Part shown: positions 40,506 to 53,323 of the stretch, in pieces
Layout: every line of letters starts with the position of its first letter
Position numbering within the stretch: the first letter of the stretch is position 1
Origin: the human T2T-CHM13v2.0 reference genome, Homo sapiens
DNA: 64,000 nt
Assembly (NCBI RefSeq): GCF_009914755.1
Contig: NC_060932.1
Direction: 5' to 3' (one strand)
The notes under the pieces: model-generated
What the model saw: the letters and a program-made list of their open reading frames with translations, nothing else
Databases searched by the model: none
Told to the model about the DNA's origin: nothing
Program-made: the position numbers and the translations under genes

Positions 40506-40821
40506 CTGTGTCATAGGGAAGCCTCCAGTGGAGCTGTCAGTCTAAGTTTCTGATTGTTTTCTTTGCAATTTGTGCCTGATTCCACCTCACAGCAGCCATG
40601 CAGGCTGAATGGGGCCTGGGGTGTGTGGAGAAGTAGCCTAACCCAGAGCCCCAGGAAGGCAGGAGGGTCATGCTTGGGGAGAAAGGAAAGGGTGAGATAG
40701 GGCACTCAGAAATAATCTAGGGAGGAGAGGACAGAAGCAGGAAAGGGGGTACAATGTTGGTGGGGACAGTGCACAGCAGGGATGGCCCTGGTTATGGTTC
40801 CGTCCTCCCTACCTTCCCCAG

Positions 40822-41038
40822 TGGCTCACTGCAGTCTCCACCTCCCTGCCTCAGCCTCCCAAGGAGTAGCTGGGATTACAGGCACATGCCGCCATGCCCG
40901 GCTACTTTTTCTATTTTTTTAGTAGAGATGGGGTTTCACCATGTTGGCCAGGATGGTCTTGATCTCCTGACCTCGTGATCTGCCCGCCTCGGCCTCCCAA
41001 AGTGCTGGGATTACAGGTGTGAGCCACCATGCCGGGCC
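40822..41038 (-). mobile_element. AluSc-like element lacking its 3' end and poly(A)
   Basis: tggctcactgcag...caggatggtcttgatctcctgacctcgtgatc...gccgggcc; flanked by ccttccccag repeats. Confidence 0.9.
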
Positions 41039-41099
41039 TTCCCCAGGAAGTTCTAACGATGGCCTGGTGCTGCTGCCCATGCCCCTGGTTTTGCTCTAA

Positions 41100-41850
41100 G
41101 TCTTTAGCTCTCTTGTTTTCATTTGCATTTTCTCTTTATCCCACTCTCCCTTACTTTGCCTCATTGCCTAAATCCCAGTGTTTCCTTTGCTACATCTATG
41201 TGTTTCTTTCTTCCTTAACTTTTATAAACTGTCTCTCTTTCCATCACTCTTTAATTTGTTCCTCTCTTACTCTCTCATCTCCCACCCAAATAATTCTCTT
41301 CCCTGGGATTTTCCCTTATCATTTCTTCTCTAAAAGCTCTCACTTGACTCTTCCTTTTCTAGTGTGCTCATGTTCTCTCTCTCTCTCATTTTTCCCCTCT
41401 CACTCTCCTCTCTCTCCTTCTCTCTCTTCCTCTCTCCATCTCCCTCTCTTTTTCCCTATCTCCGTTCTCTCTCCCTGTCTCCCTCTGTCTCCTCTCTTCC
41501 CCCTCCTTTCTCCTCCCCTTTTCTGCTCCCCTTCAACACCTTGCTCAGTCCTCACTACCCCACTTCTCTTTCACCTTCTCCTTCTGTCCAGTTTTCTTCC
41601 CTTTGAAAGCCGTTTTCCCCTCTGGTTCCCTCCTACTTACCTAGCCTTTAGTAACTGATTTCTCTTTCAGATATTCAATTTTCTTTTCTCTGGTTCATAA
41701 TAATTAAAAAGGACAATGTGTGAAATGCTTCCCATCTCTGTTCTCTCCTCTCATCCCATCTCCTTGCTTTCTTTAACCTTTCCCCATGACTCCTGTTTCA
41801 CCCTCTCCCTCTCTGTCTTGTTCTCTCCGTGTCTCTTTTGCTACCTCTTT
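41100..41850. repeat. CT-rich low-complexity tract
   Basis: Directly visible. Confidence 0.85.
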
Positions 41851-41959
41851 TCAGCTTGGCTGGAGAGGGAGGAAGGGACCGCCCTGATGTTCCCCACTTC
41901 TGGGCTCTGGCTATTCCACACAATGCCCTGAAGTCTGTGTACAGTCTATCCCTGTTATC

Positions 41960-42180
41960 CTAGAACCCTGTGTGTGTTCTTCTTTGCATCTGTCACCATA
42001 TGAAATTGTCTGGTTTATTTCTCTGATCATTTGTCCCCACTAGAATGTAAGTTCCTTGGGTCAAATACTTTGCCTATTTTGTCTGTGGCTCTGCTCACAG
42101 TACTCAGAAGAGTGTCTGCACACAGCAGGTTCTCCACAAGTATTTGTTTTATTGAATGGATTTATAGATGCAGGGACGGA
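41960..42180 (+). mobile_element. L2 3' end
   Basis: ccccactagaatgtaagttccttggg...gcacacagcagg...aagtatttgttttattgaatgga. Confidence 0.75.
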
Positions 42181-44193
42181 TCAATACATAGACGCATGAA
42201 TGGAAGAGTTTTTAATAAAACTAAACCAGGCCAAAGTGATGGGGGCATCTTTGCAACGACAAATATAAAGGGAGTCTGCAGAGGTGCCCTATATTGGATC
42301 TGGATCTGTTGGATGCATCTGAAATATGCTTCTACTCCCGGTCCATGTGGAGATTTCCACCACTAAAGACAGTAAATTGCTTCTAGAAAAATGACCATGC
42401 TTTACTAAAGCACTGCCAGAGAGGTACATACTGAACTGTGTTATGCGATGATCCTCAGCTCTTCACTGTAGCAAAACTGACTTGAATCAAGTCCTAGGTA
42501 GCCCACCATTGCCAGGCCAGGTTCTAACTGATTAAGTACAGACAGGCTCACATCCCTTCTCAAATCCATAAAACAGTGGTTCCTGAGCCAGATACTACCC
42601 TGAAGTAATATTTATGGACCTGCTAACTTGTTTCCAAGCCAAATTAATCAAAGACATAACAGGGAGGGAGATTTTTTTTTATTTTCTAAGTTAATGAACA
42701 AATGGATTTTCTATTCATTATTCATTGGTTTTTGAAATTTAATGAATAGCTCAGGGACAATCACTAAATGTTAGTATTTATAGAAAATCAGCACCAGCCA
42801 GATTCAATATACATCAAGTATTCAAGTGTCAGTTTATTATATGTAATGAATTCCACTTACTACTTTAACTATCTAGTATTTATCAACTTTAAATTTTTAA
42901 TGAACAAAAAATGATGAATTCATTAAGAATGCCCTTGGTCCTCACTCTTCTGTAGTTTGATTCCTTTGTGAGAAGTGGATTAAATTCTCCACAAAAGCCT
43001 GCATTGCCTTTTATTCATGTCTGTCTCTTAAATGGTTTTTTGTTTTGTTTCCAGCAGAACTAATCTTTCCCTTGATATTCATCTACTTTTTCCATTAATT
43101 TCTTCTGCTGCTGGGAAAATATCTTTCCTCCTCTTCTTTCCAGAAAGACACTCATGGATATTATGATTAACGATAAACCGTCAGAAGATGAGACATTTTA
43201 AGGCTACTACTTTGCGATAACTTAAAACTCACAGCAGAAGTGTAAGAGAAAAAAATAAAATTCCATTTCAAAAGTCCTCATTCATTCCCTGTAGCCTCTA
43301 CCTGTAGATATTTAAAGAGGATAAACGTGGAGGTAATTTCAAAGGAAGAAAATAAGAGATTGATGTTACCCAGGAAAGCCTCTTGACATATCATTATGAT
43401 GATAATCGATATTATAATCATTAAGTTGCAGTTTTAGGAAGAAGCCTAAATATGCTGGAGACAGACATGAAACAGTTATACTTTTTCTCTGGTGAAAAAT
43501 CTTTCTTCCCCTTGGGCTGTGTTTCAGGTTCTTGTTTTTGGTTTTTAGCATCCGAGTAAGGTTCAAGGGTATTTTTAGTCATTTTTGGTTACTGAAGCCA
43601 TCATGTTTAAATTATTATACCTCATCTATTCATTTTCGTACTTCTATTTCGTATCCTACTCAAGGTTCCCTACACCCCACCTTATTACCCCACTATCTGT
43701 GCAAGCCAATTGGTGCTTCATTAGTGGCCCCACAAACACGATGGGGAGGCTAGGGAATGTAGTGTTCAGGCTAGGGAATGTAGTGTTCCCTCACCTCCTT
43801 CCCATTCATTTTGGGGAAAGGAGCAAAGAGCAGGGAGCTCCATAAGTGATTGCCTGTGATGAGATTGTTGCTGATGGGCTTGAGGAAGGCAAGCATTGGC
43901 TTTACAATTCCCCCTTTGCACAGGTTTCCCTCACAAACAGGCCTATTTTTTCCTGTTCGCCCTCTAAAGGCTGACTCATGGTGCACTCCATTCCACTGCT
44001 GCAAGCACCTGTCAGCCCCATGTGTGGGAGTCCTCAGCCAGCCTGAAACCCCCAATCTCACACTATCATGGACCCAAACTCTGGGGCCTATGAATTGGTA
44101 GGGTCCATTTCTATAATTCTTGGGAATGGAAACATGAGGAGAGTGGTCCTCTTTCCTTTTTCTGCCTGAACTTGCTACCAGACCAGACTCACC

Positions 44194-46562
44194 TGATATG
44201 GTTTGGATCTGTGTCCCCACCCAAATCTCATCTCAAATTGTAATCCCCACATGTCAGGGGAGGCACCTGGTGGAAGGTAATTTAATCATGGAGGTGGACT
44301 TCTCCCTTGCTGTTCTCATGATGGTGAGTGAGTTTTCATAAGATCTGGTTGTTTGAAAGTGGACAGTACTTCTCCCTTTGTCTCTCTCTCTCTTCTGCCA
44401 CCATGAGAAGAAGGTCCTTGGTTTCCCTTCACCTTCTGCCATGATTGTAAGTTTCTGGAGGGCTCCTGATCAAGCTCCCTGTTAGGCCTGCAGAACTGTG
44501 AGTCAATTAAAAACCTCTTTTCTTCATAAATTACCTAGTCTCAGGTAGTTCATTATAGCAGTGTAAGAATGGACCAATATAAAAAAATTGATATCAGGCT
44601 GTGGGGTACTGCCATAAAGATACCTGGAAATGTGCAAGCAATTTTGGAACTGGTTAACCGGCAGAGGTTGGAACACTTTGGAGGGCTCAGAAGAAGACCG
44701 GAAGATGTGGAAAAGTTTGGAACTTCCTGGAGACTTGTTGAATAATTGTGACCAAAATGCTGATAGTGATATGGACAGCAAAGTCCAGGCTGAGGTGGTC
44801 TCAGATGGAGATGAAGATCTTATTGGGAACAGGAGTAAAGGTCACTCTTGCTATGTTTTAGCAAAGAGACTGGCAGCATTTTGCCCCTGCCCTAGAAATC
44901 TGTGGAACTTTGAACTTGAGAGATATGATCTAGGGTATCTAGTAGAAAGACATTTCTAAGTAGCAAAGCATTCATATTGTGGCTTAGCTGCTTCTAACAG
45001 CATACAGTCATATGTGTTCACAAAGAGATGGCATGAAATTGGAACTTAACATTTAAAAGGGAAGCAGAGCATAAAAGTTTGGAAAATTTGTGGCCTGACC
45101 ATACGGTAGAAAAGACAAATCTATTTTCTAGGGAAGAATTCAAGCCAGCTGCAGAAATTTGCATAGGTCCTGAGGAGCTGAATGTTGATAGCCAAGACAA
45201 TGGGGAAAATGTCTCCAGGGCATTTCAGAGATTTTCACAGCAACCTCTCCAACACAGGCCCAGAGGCCTAGGAGGGAAAAATGATTTCATGATCCCAGCC
45301 CCATTGCTCTGTATTCAGGATATGGCACCCTGTGTCCAAGCCACTCCAGCTCCAGCCATGGCTGAAAGGGGCCAAGGTACAGCTTGGGCTTCAGAAAGTG
45401 CAAGCCCCAAGCCTTGTCTGGATTCACGTGGTGTTGGGCCTGCACATGCACAGAAGGCAAGAGTTGAGGTTTGGGAACCTCCATCTAGATTTCAGAGAAT
45501 GTATGGAAATGTCTGAATGTCCAGGCAGAAGTCTGCTGGAAGGGCAGAGCCCTCATGGAGAACTTCTACTAGGCCAGTGAGGAGGGAAAATGTGGAGACC
45601 CCATGCAGAGTTCCCACTGAGGCATGGTCTAATGGAGCTGTGAGAAGACAGCCACTGTCCTCCAGAGCCCAGAATGGTAGATCCACCAACAGTTCATACT
45701 GTGAGCCCTGAAAAGCTGCAGGCACTCAATGCCAGCCTGTGAAAGCAGCCATGTGGGCTGTCCCCTGCATAGCCATAGAGGCAGACCTGCCCAAGTACTT
45801 GGGAGCTGACCCCTTGCATCAGTGTGCCCCAGATGTGAGACATGGAGTCAAGGGAGATTATTTTGGCGCTTTAAGATTTAATGACTGCCCTGCTGGGTTT
45901 CAGACTTGCATGGGGCCTGTAGCTCATTTGTTTTGGCCAATTTCTCCCAGTTGGAATGGGGACATTTACCCAATGCCTGTGCCCCCACTGTATCTTGGAA
46001 GTGACGAGCTGGTTTTTTATTTTACAGGCTCATAGGTGGAAGAGACTTCTCCTGTCTCAGATGAGACTTTGGACTTGGACTTTTGAGTTAATGTTGGAAT
46101 GAGTTAAGTTTTGGGGGACTACTGGGAAGGCATAATGGTGTTTTGAGATTTGAAAAGGACATGGGAGTTGGGAGGGGCCAGGGATGGAATGACACGGTTT
46201 GGCTGTGTCCCAACCCAAATCTCATCGTGAATTGTAATCCCCACCTGTAAGGGGAAGAGGCTGGTGGAAGGAGATTGAATCATGGGGGCAGATTTCCTCC
46301 TTGCTGTTCTCATGATAGTGAGTGAGTTCTCATGACAGCTTGTTGTTTAAAAGTGGGTAGCACTCCCCTCTCTCTCTCCTGCAACCATGTGAAGAAGGTC
46401 CTTACTTCCCCTTCACCGTCTGCCATGATTGTAAGTTTCCTGAGGCCTCACATTCATGTGTCCTGTTAAGCCTTGGAACTGTGAGTCAATTGAATCTCTT
46501 TTCTTTGTAAATTACCCAGTCTTAGGTAGTTCTTTATAGCAGTGTGAGAATGGACTAATACA
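44194..46562 (+). mobile_element. Two-LTR MaLR provirus, THE1D/MSTA-type (5' LTR 44194-44581, internal 44582-46189, 3' LTR 46190-46562)
   Basis: Paired LTRs, purine tract ggaggggccagggatggaa before the 3' LTR, TSD tcacc/tcccc, typical MaLR internal sequence. Confidence 0.95.
44630..46035 (+). pseudogene. Fragmented MaLR internal ORF remnant
   Basis: Pieces such as TGRGWNTLEGSEEDRKMWKSLELP...VQAEVVSDGDEDLIGN...LAKRLAAFCPCPRNLWNFELER and DVRHGVKGDYFGALRFNDCPAGFQTCMGPVA, broken by stops and frameshifts. Confidence 0.75.
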
Positions 46563-49129
46563 TCCCCCAAAGCTTCATTGCTTGCTCCAAGAACCTCAGC
46601 CATGTCAGCAAGCCCAGTGCATAAGGAGCTTCCAACTAGGAAACAAAATAGTCTTCCCCTGTGACAGAAGCCCCTTAATTAGCCAGTTTTATTAGTGGCT
46701 GTTTGGAGACCTCTATCCTTTAGTTTTGGTTCTGAAGAAGCTACTCTAGGATTTTCACCCAGTTCTCCACTCGTTCCTATAGCCATGCACTTTTCAATCA
46801 GACCCTCAGCTAGAACCTCTTGTACAGAGGTGTCATCTATTTCCCTACCCCCTGAGCATGGGCTGAACTTACAATAAGATAGAATATGGTGGAATTTTGT
46901 GTTACATCTGAGCCTAGACCTTAAGAGATTTTGTGCACTCCTTTTCACTCTTGGAATTCTCCCCAGGACTTAGGAACTATTTACAGTTGTGTTGCTATTT
47001 ACATGATGCTTAAAATCTGCCCCCTAAAATATATTCTAACTTATCAAACAGGGAAATCCTGCCTATTTTGTTCTGTATATTCAGCTCCTAGTGTCTGGCT
47101 TTCAGTGGTACCCAAAAGTATTTGTACTAGGAGAAGCACAGACTAAAGTGGAATTTCTGGGGGGACAATGCTCTAAGATAATGTTTTTAAACTCAAATAT
47201 TTACTGTGATTTTATTTATGATATGTCAAGCAACCTGAGTTCTTCCTGCTATCACCATCAATCTTCCCACCCCAGATCTTCAGTAGAACCAATTCTTCTT
47301 ATGAAGTGTATTTTGCAGTTGAAATTCGTGTATTTTTGTTTCTCTGAGAAAACAGATTAAGGAATGAGTCATATTTGAATTAATACAGTAGAATAACAAG
47401 ACTGAATACAAGGAAGTAGAGCCCAGTGGAAAGAGGAGGAAGAGAAAGTTAACACTTTTTATAAATTTGTCTAAAGCTGGGGGAGATTTTTGGACTTCCA
47501 CATGCTGTGGAATTTGGGATGCCAAGACAATTTTACCTAGAAAGCTGCAGGAATGCTCCAGCCAATATCAGAGTTACGTAAAGATGGATGAATTAGACTG
47601 CTTTCCGACCCTGACAAGCTTATGCTGTGGTCATATCTGAAGCTTATGTGCACACCGAGTTTTCATGCCCAAATATCTTCAAGACTGAGCTCCTCAAAAT
47701 GCTATACATATTCCAAAAGGCAGCACAGATCACAGGAACACTAGGAAATTGGAAGCCAAAGGGCATGAATCCTAACCTCAATTCTGGCACTGGATCTGTA
47801 AGTTTGCCCGGACAAGGGCCCTCCTCTCTCCAGGGCTCAGTTTGTGTGAGCTGAGCAGGTGCTCTGGGAATACCCACTCTGCCTCAGCTCCATGTGGTGC
47901 CTTGAAGGAGGTACAGATAGGATTGAGGGGTTGTTTCTTCTACCTTTTCATGTGAGGTACTTATTAATACTTTCTCTAGTGCTATTCAGAGATCATCCTA
48001 GGAAGCAGAATAAATAATCAATGTATGAACAGGACACGTGGCAGAGATGAAAAATACTAATTCAGAGGGAGACTTGCTAATCAACAGTGCTCCCTGTGGC
48101 AGGATTTTGTTTCCCTAACGAAGGGTGGGAAGTGGAGTGGTAATATCAGCATCACGAACCACTAAACACTCTTTTTTCCTCCAGCAGGATGGAACGTGGG
48201 TTTTAGTGACTAGGTGACATTTGGAAAATAATTTAAAAGAATAGAAACTTCAATGGTTGCTAGGCAGCCTGAAGACTTTGTGAAATAAATATATTAAGGT
48301 CTGATGACCAATCTTTTTAAATATTACTATTTTTTCAACCTGACAGGGCTATGGCTCTAGGAAATGCCAGGGCAGAGTTATTAGCAATTATAATTACGGT
48401 CATTTGGAAAAGGCTACATTGTGCAGATTTTTAAATCCTGTTTCAAGATGTTCCTCTCATTAAACCACATAAAAGGTCCCTGACTAGTGCCTAATATACT
48501 CATTCAATTTAAGAGTCAGCTAACATCAATTGAGTGCTATATGCCAAGCATGGTGCTGGACACTTTAAATGGGGTTGTATTTACTTGATGGTCACCCAAA
48601 CCCATATGAGATAGAGATTCACAATGCACTTACAGATGATGCAACTGATGCCAGAAAAACAAATTGCCTTATCCAGGGACAGAGTCAACCCATTTTCCTG
48701 ATACTTTGTCCAATCCTGAGCATTTGCCAGATCAATCTGTCTCCCCTTTTTGATAGTCAGACTCTGTCCCAAGAGGTAATTCAAACAAAATGTGAATTCT
48801 TTCATCTTAATCATTATAATGTGGGTGGTTTTTTTTTTGGTGTTTCCCCCCATGTGCAGGGCATAGTTTTGTTTCTTTATGGCATTACTGAATTTTATCC
48901 TTGTCAAAGCTATGTGAGGTAGAGACTATTATGACCTATTTTATAGCTAAAGAAATTGAGAGTCCTGAGGAGATGAAATAAGTTGCCCAAGGTCACCCAG
49001 ATCCAGAATATTTAAAGACCAGACCTGCCTGATGCCAGGACCTGCTTGCTCAGCATCTTTGCCATGTGACCTGCTCTATATGAGTTTATACGCTAAACTC
49101 ATCTCCTTTTATGAACAAAGGGAGCTGTT

Positions 49130-49375
49130 CTAGAGATTAAACATGTGCAAAGATCTTGAAATCATTTACTCCTCCCTGTCATTGACATTAACTACAACTC
49201 TGCCCTTTCTGCCACACTCCATGTCCAATTCATCAACAAATCAAATTGGCTCCACCATCAAATGCATCCACAATTCCCACACTCCTCACCTCCTCCACAG
49301 CCACCAGCCTGTCATGAGCCAGTGCCACTTCTCACCTTGAGGAAGTATGACAATGACCTCCTTCCTGGTCCTTGA
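49130..49375 (+). mobile_element. L2 fragment; 3' part probably resumes at about 51340-51580
   Basis: ccaattcatcaacaaatc...ctcacctcctccacagccacca...ctcaccttg...gacctccttcctggtcc. Confidence 0.6.
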
Positions 49376-49762
49376 CCTCGCTGAAGCCTGTGGATAGGGG
49401 CATCCAACTGGGGCACTCATCCCCTATCAGATCGTCTTCCTTCTACACGTCTCAGTAACCCATACACAGTAAACCAGTATAATAAATATGTAAAGCATAT
49501 TTTTATAGTATTACTTCTTAACCATTTTGTACATATAAAATGGTGCTACAGTGTTTCTTTTCTAATATGTCACTGATAAAGTTTTTTAGTGTTGTGACTC
49601 TGATTTTTGTTCTATGATTGTGAATAGTACAGTGACTTTTAGTAACACATGTATAACATGATAGCAGAACCATGTATACACATATGTATATAGCATAGTA
49701 TTTATCCCACCTACCTCACTTCTTTGAAGACTCATGGATTTAGGCATGTGTCAACTATAGTC

Positions 49763-49968
49763 TTTTTTCTAATTTTTTAATATCTTATTTTTGATTGACA
49801 AATAAGAGTTGTATATGTTTATGGGATACAATGTAATGTTTTGATATATATTTACAATGCAGAATGATTAAATCAGGCTTATTAATGAATATAGAAAACA
49901 GTATGGGGGTTCCCCAGAAAACTAAAAATCAAATTACCAGGTGATCCAGCAATCCCACTTCTGGGTAT
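49763..49968. mobile_element. L1MA 3' end (minus, 49763-49890) fused to an inverted ORF2-end piece (plus, 49890-49968)
   Basis: attgacaaataa...tttatgggatacaatgtaatgttttgatata...gaatgattaaatca, then gaaaacagtatgggggttcc...gatccagcaatcccacttctgggtata. Confidence 0.82.
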
Positions 49969-50256
49969 AAATTAGGGGTGTAATATTTGAAAGAGAAGTA
50001 TATTTATTACTATGTATAGATGAGCTGGTTATAAAAGTGGAAATTCTAAGAGAATAAACAAAAAAATGCAAAAGATAATTCACTTAGAAGTTGATGTATA
50101 AAATCAATATTCATGAGTACATCATCTTTAAAGATAGAAGAAACAAATAATTGGGAAACATAATGCAGAAATCCCTACCTACAATGACAACAAAATAATA
50201 GGCAATAATCCATTTAACAAGAAATGTTTTAAAATATTTATGAGTAAAATTATATG

Positions 50257-50490
50257 CATAAATTACCCAGTCTCAGGTAGTTCTTTATAGCAGCGTGAGA
50301 ATGGACTAATACATCCCCCAAAGCTTCATTGCTTGCTCCAAGAACCCCAGCCATATCAGCAAGCACAGTGCATAAGGGGCTTCCAACTAGGAAACAAAAT
50401 AGTCTCCCCTGTGACAGAACCCCCTTAATTAGCTAATTTTATGAGTGGCTCTTTGGAGACCTCCATCCTCTGGTTTTGGTTCTGAAGAAG
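50257..50490 (+). repeat. Dispersed copy of 46508-46740 (MaLR LTR 3' end plus flank)
   Basis: Manual alignment gives about 15 differences in about 233 bp. Confidence 0.95.
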
Positions 50491-50499
50491 GTACTTCAG

Positions 50500-51165
50500 A
50501 CATAAATGCAAGTCTGTGGAGACTTGTACTGGGTTAACCCAGCAAACAGGAGCCACATTTTTCAGAATTCCCTTCCCTGCCTGGTTCTCATCTAGGGCCT
50601 GCAATAGTAAGTCTCCATGGGATTTGGAAGCAGGACGAGAAGCAGCACCCATTGTTTTGCTCTGAAGGTTACCGCGGGGCACCAGGCTCTGTGGCAGCTT
50701 GCTCACATCCTCAGAGATCTTCTGGAGGCAGAACACAGGCCCATGACTCCCAAAGCTCCCACCAGATCACTTCCTCAGGCTTCTCTGAGTCTTGGGCCAG
50801 GTATGTGCGCAGCCCCTTGGCACAGCTCTCCTGTATTGTCATCAAATCATTGAGCTTGGAAGGAATGGCCTTATGGATTCCAGTTTGTCCTTTTCTGTCT
50901 TGCTTTGAGTCTAGCTTTTGTCTTCAACTGAGACAAAAAATGAGATGCAATGTATCTATTGCCAAAATGATACTTTGTACCCTTAAAATGGGATACAATT
51001 GTATCTAGTGCCCTGAATGAGCTGTAGTGACAGTCACTGAGACAACAGCCCTGCATAGGCTTCTCCACCAGCTCCCATAATGGTATAAAGGTCTTATCCC
51101 ATGGCAAATTCTTTAGTATCCATTACTTATTGTTGTCCTACTTCTCTGATCAAACCTTCAATAAC
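50500..51165 (+). mobile_element. ERVL LTR, LTR41/LTR33-like
   Basis: cagaattcccttccctgc...cttctccaccagctcccataat...cttctctgatcaaacc. Confidence 0.6.
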
Positions 51166-51233
51166 CCAAGGCCCTTGACTTGGAAATATTAAAAATTGAC
51201 ATGAAATACTACTTTATAGATTTAAAATCATAG

Positions 51234-51329
51234 TTTATCCATTCACTTGATGTTGGACACCTGGGTTGCTTTCATATCTCAGCAATTGTGAATGGTGTTG
51301 CAATGAACATAAAGTTCAGATGCCTCTTT
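51234..51329 (-). mobile_element. L1MA ORF2-end fragment
   Basis: tttatccattca...tggacacctgggttgctttcatatct...attgtgaat...gcaatgaacat...cagatgcctctt. Confidence 0.8.
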
Positions 51330-52808
51330 GGCTGGTCTTACTGAAACAATAGTCCTTGGTGGTGTATGTTATTCACTTACTCTAGTTAATTTTTCTTCAG
51401 GAGACTTATTTCCTGAAAACATTTTTTTTGTCTTTCTCCACAACTGTAATATAAACTCCATGTGGACAGAAGCATGATTTGTGGGGTCTGCTATGGTGTC
51501 AACTATAGTCTTTTTTGTACTTTTAGTCTTTAGTGTCTAGACTCAAGTCTGAGACATTGGAAGTATTCAAGAAACACTCCTGGGAAGAGGGGAAAAAAGG
51601 AGGGAAAGATGAAAGAAAGGAGGGAGGGAAGAAAGAGGAAGGGAAAGAAATTGCTTCCTATTTCACCTCACCCATATCCTAGCCTCCTCCACCTACCCTA
51701 AGCCACAGAGGGAATCCTTCTGCCATTTCTGGGAAGAATACAAAGACTTAATTTTCTATAAAGGTTGAGATCACCAAAGACAGGTTGGAGAGAGGAAGCT
51801 GATGTTGCAACCTTTGCTGATTTGAGGAGAAACGGTGCTTCCCACGGGACCTCCTGTAAACCATAGAATCTGGGTAGAGGGAAAAAGGCCAGGAAGTGGG
51901 CCAGGCAGAGCTTTAAGAGAGCCTAGCTCAGTGTTCCACACACAGACATAAATCTGGGCTCTCGCGGCATCCCAGGGTTTATAATGGAGGGCTGGTGTCC
52001 AGGGTGCAGGTGGAAATGGTCCTCACCATGTTGACTTCCAGCATCACTAGGACACATTCAGTGAAAAAATATAAGGTGCCGGAGCCAGGGTGTGCTGCTG
52101 TTCATATGAGGAGCAGCTCTGAAGGAGGCACGCACGTGAACCAGATTAGAGCAACTGCCCCTTGGGGGAGAGCCAGGTGACTGGGGGACAGTGGTCTACT
52201 TGCTTTTCACTGGCGTGTCATTAAATATTGCTCATATAAGTATATTTTGTGGGCAGATAAAGTTAATTCTAACTACTTTTAGATCACATGGAGACTTCTT
52301 GCAGCAATGAAGGCAGATATATACTCCTAAATCTTCCCACTTCTCCTTCCATAGCTTGACAGAAAAGAACGCAATTTCTTTTCAGGACTCAGACTGAGCC
52401 ACTACTGGCTTCCTTGCTCTTTGTCAAATGCACATTTGATTACATGTATAACCTTCCAGTGGTTTCTCACTGCTTTACAACAGACACTAAAAATCTTTCC
52501 TTAGCATGCAGGGTTCTGCAGGGCTGGCCAGTGTTTACATTGCCAACCTCAGCTCCCACTCACCCCTTGCTGTCTCTGCTCCCACCAGGCATATTTTAAG
52601 TTCCTTCAATGAGATCCTTCCTTCTATGCGTCCGTTGTGCATCAGTTCTCTCTGGCTGAAATTCTCCTCCTTCATTCTATTCCCATCCCTTTGCCTAATC
52701 CTTCTTACCTAAACTCAGTCATGTCCTGGAGAGCCCTTTCTGTCCTTCTCACTGGTTGAGTCTCATCATAGGTTTTCATAGAACCTTCTATCTTTACCTA
52801 GTGCTTAA

Positions 52809-53323
52809 TGTGGATGGACTCTCACAAGCTTCTGTGTGGTTCCTTCGTTAATGTCCCTAGGGTGGCCATAAGAATTGCACCTTGCTATCCTCCAACTACA
52901 GGGAACCCCTGCAAGACCTAGGGCTCCAGCTCCTGTGATTTGATATCCATCATTGTGTTTGCAACAAGGCCATGCCTCCAACAGGCAACTACCCACTGGC
53001 CAGTAACTGGGCACAGAAGCAAAGCTAAAGCCAACTTGCTCCTGGGAGACACAGGACTCCTTAGACCGCTACCTTTGGCTCAAGGACCACCCCCAGCAGT
53101 TCTGCCAAACCCTATTTAGACTACGTGGCAGTCTAGGAAGCTTTTGCCCAGCCTTCTCTTCTTTTGTTGTCACTCAAGATTGGACTTATATAACCATCTG
53201 CAGCTCTCTAGCCTCTCCCTTCTTCCTCTCTATTTTTGTTCACAGAGGCCTTTCCCCTAACTAAATCTTTGCACACTTAATCCCACATTGGCATTTGTTT
53301 CTTGGAGGACCTGAAGCTAATGC
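52809..53323 (+). mobile_element. ERVL LTR (LTR40-like) inside an L2
   Basis: tttcccctaactaaatctttgcacacttaatccc...ggcatttgtttcttggaggacctga; L2 pieces at about 52390-52800 and 53330-53460. Confidence 0.62.

Noticed and set aside
41029-41658. Longest ORF (209 aa)
   Set aside because: Translation of a CT-rich low-complexity tract (L/S/P/F-rich) starting in an Alu
44630-46035. MaLR internal ORFs as a functional gene
   Set aside because: Fragmented by stops and frameshifts; ordinary MaLR internal sequence
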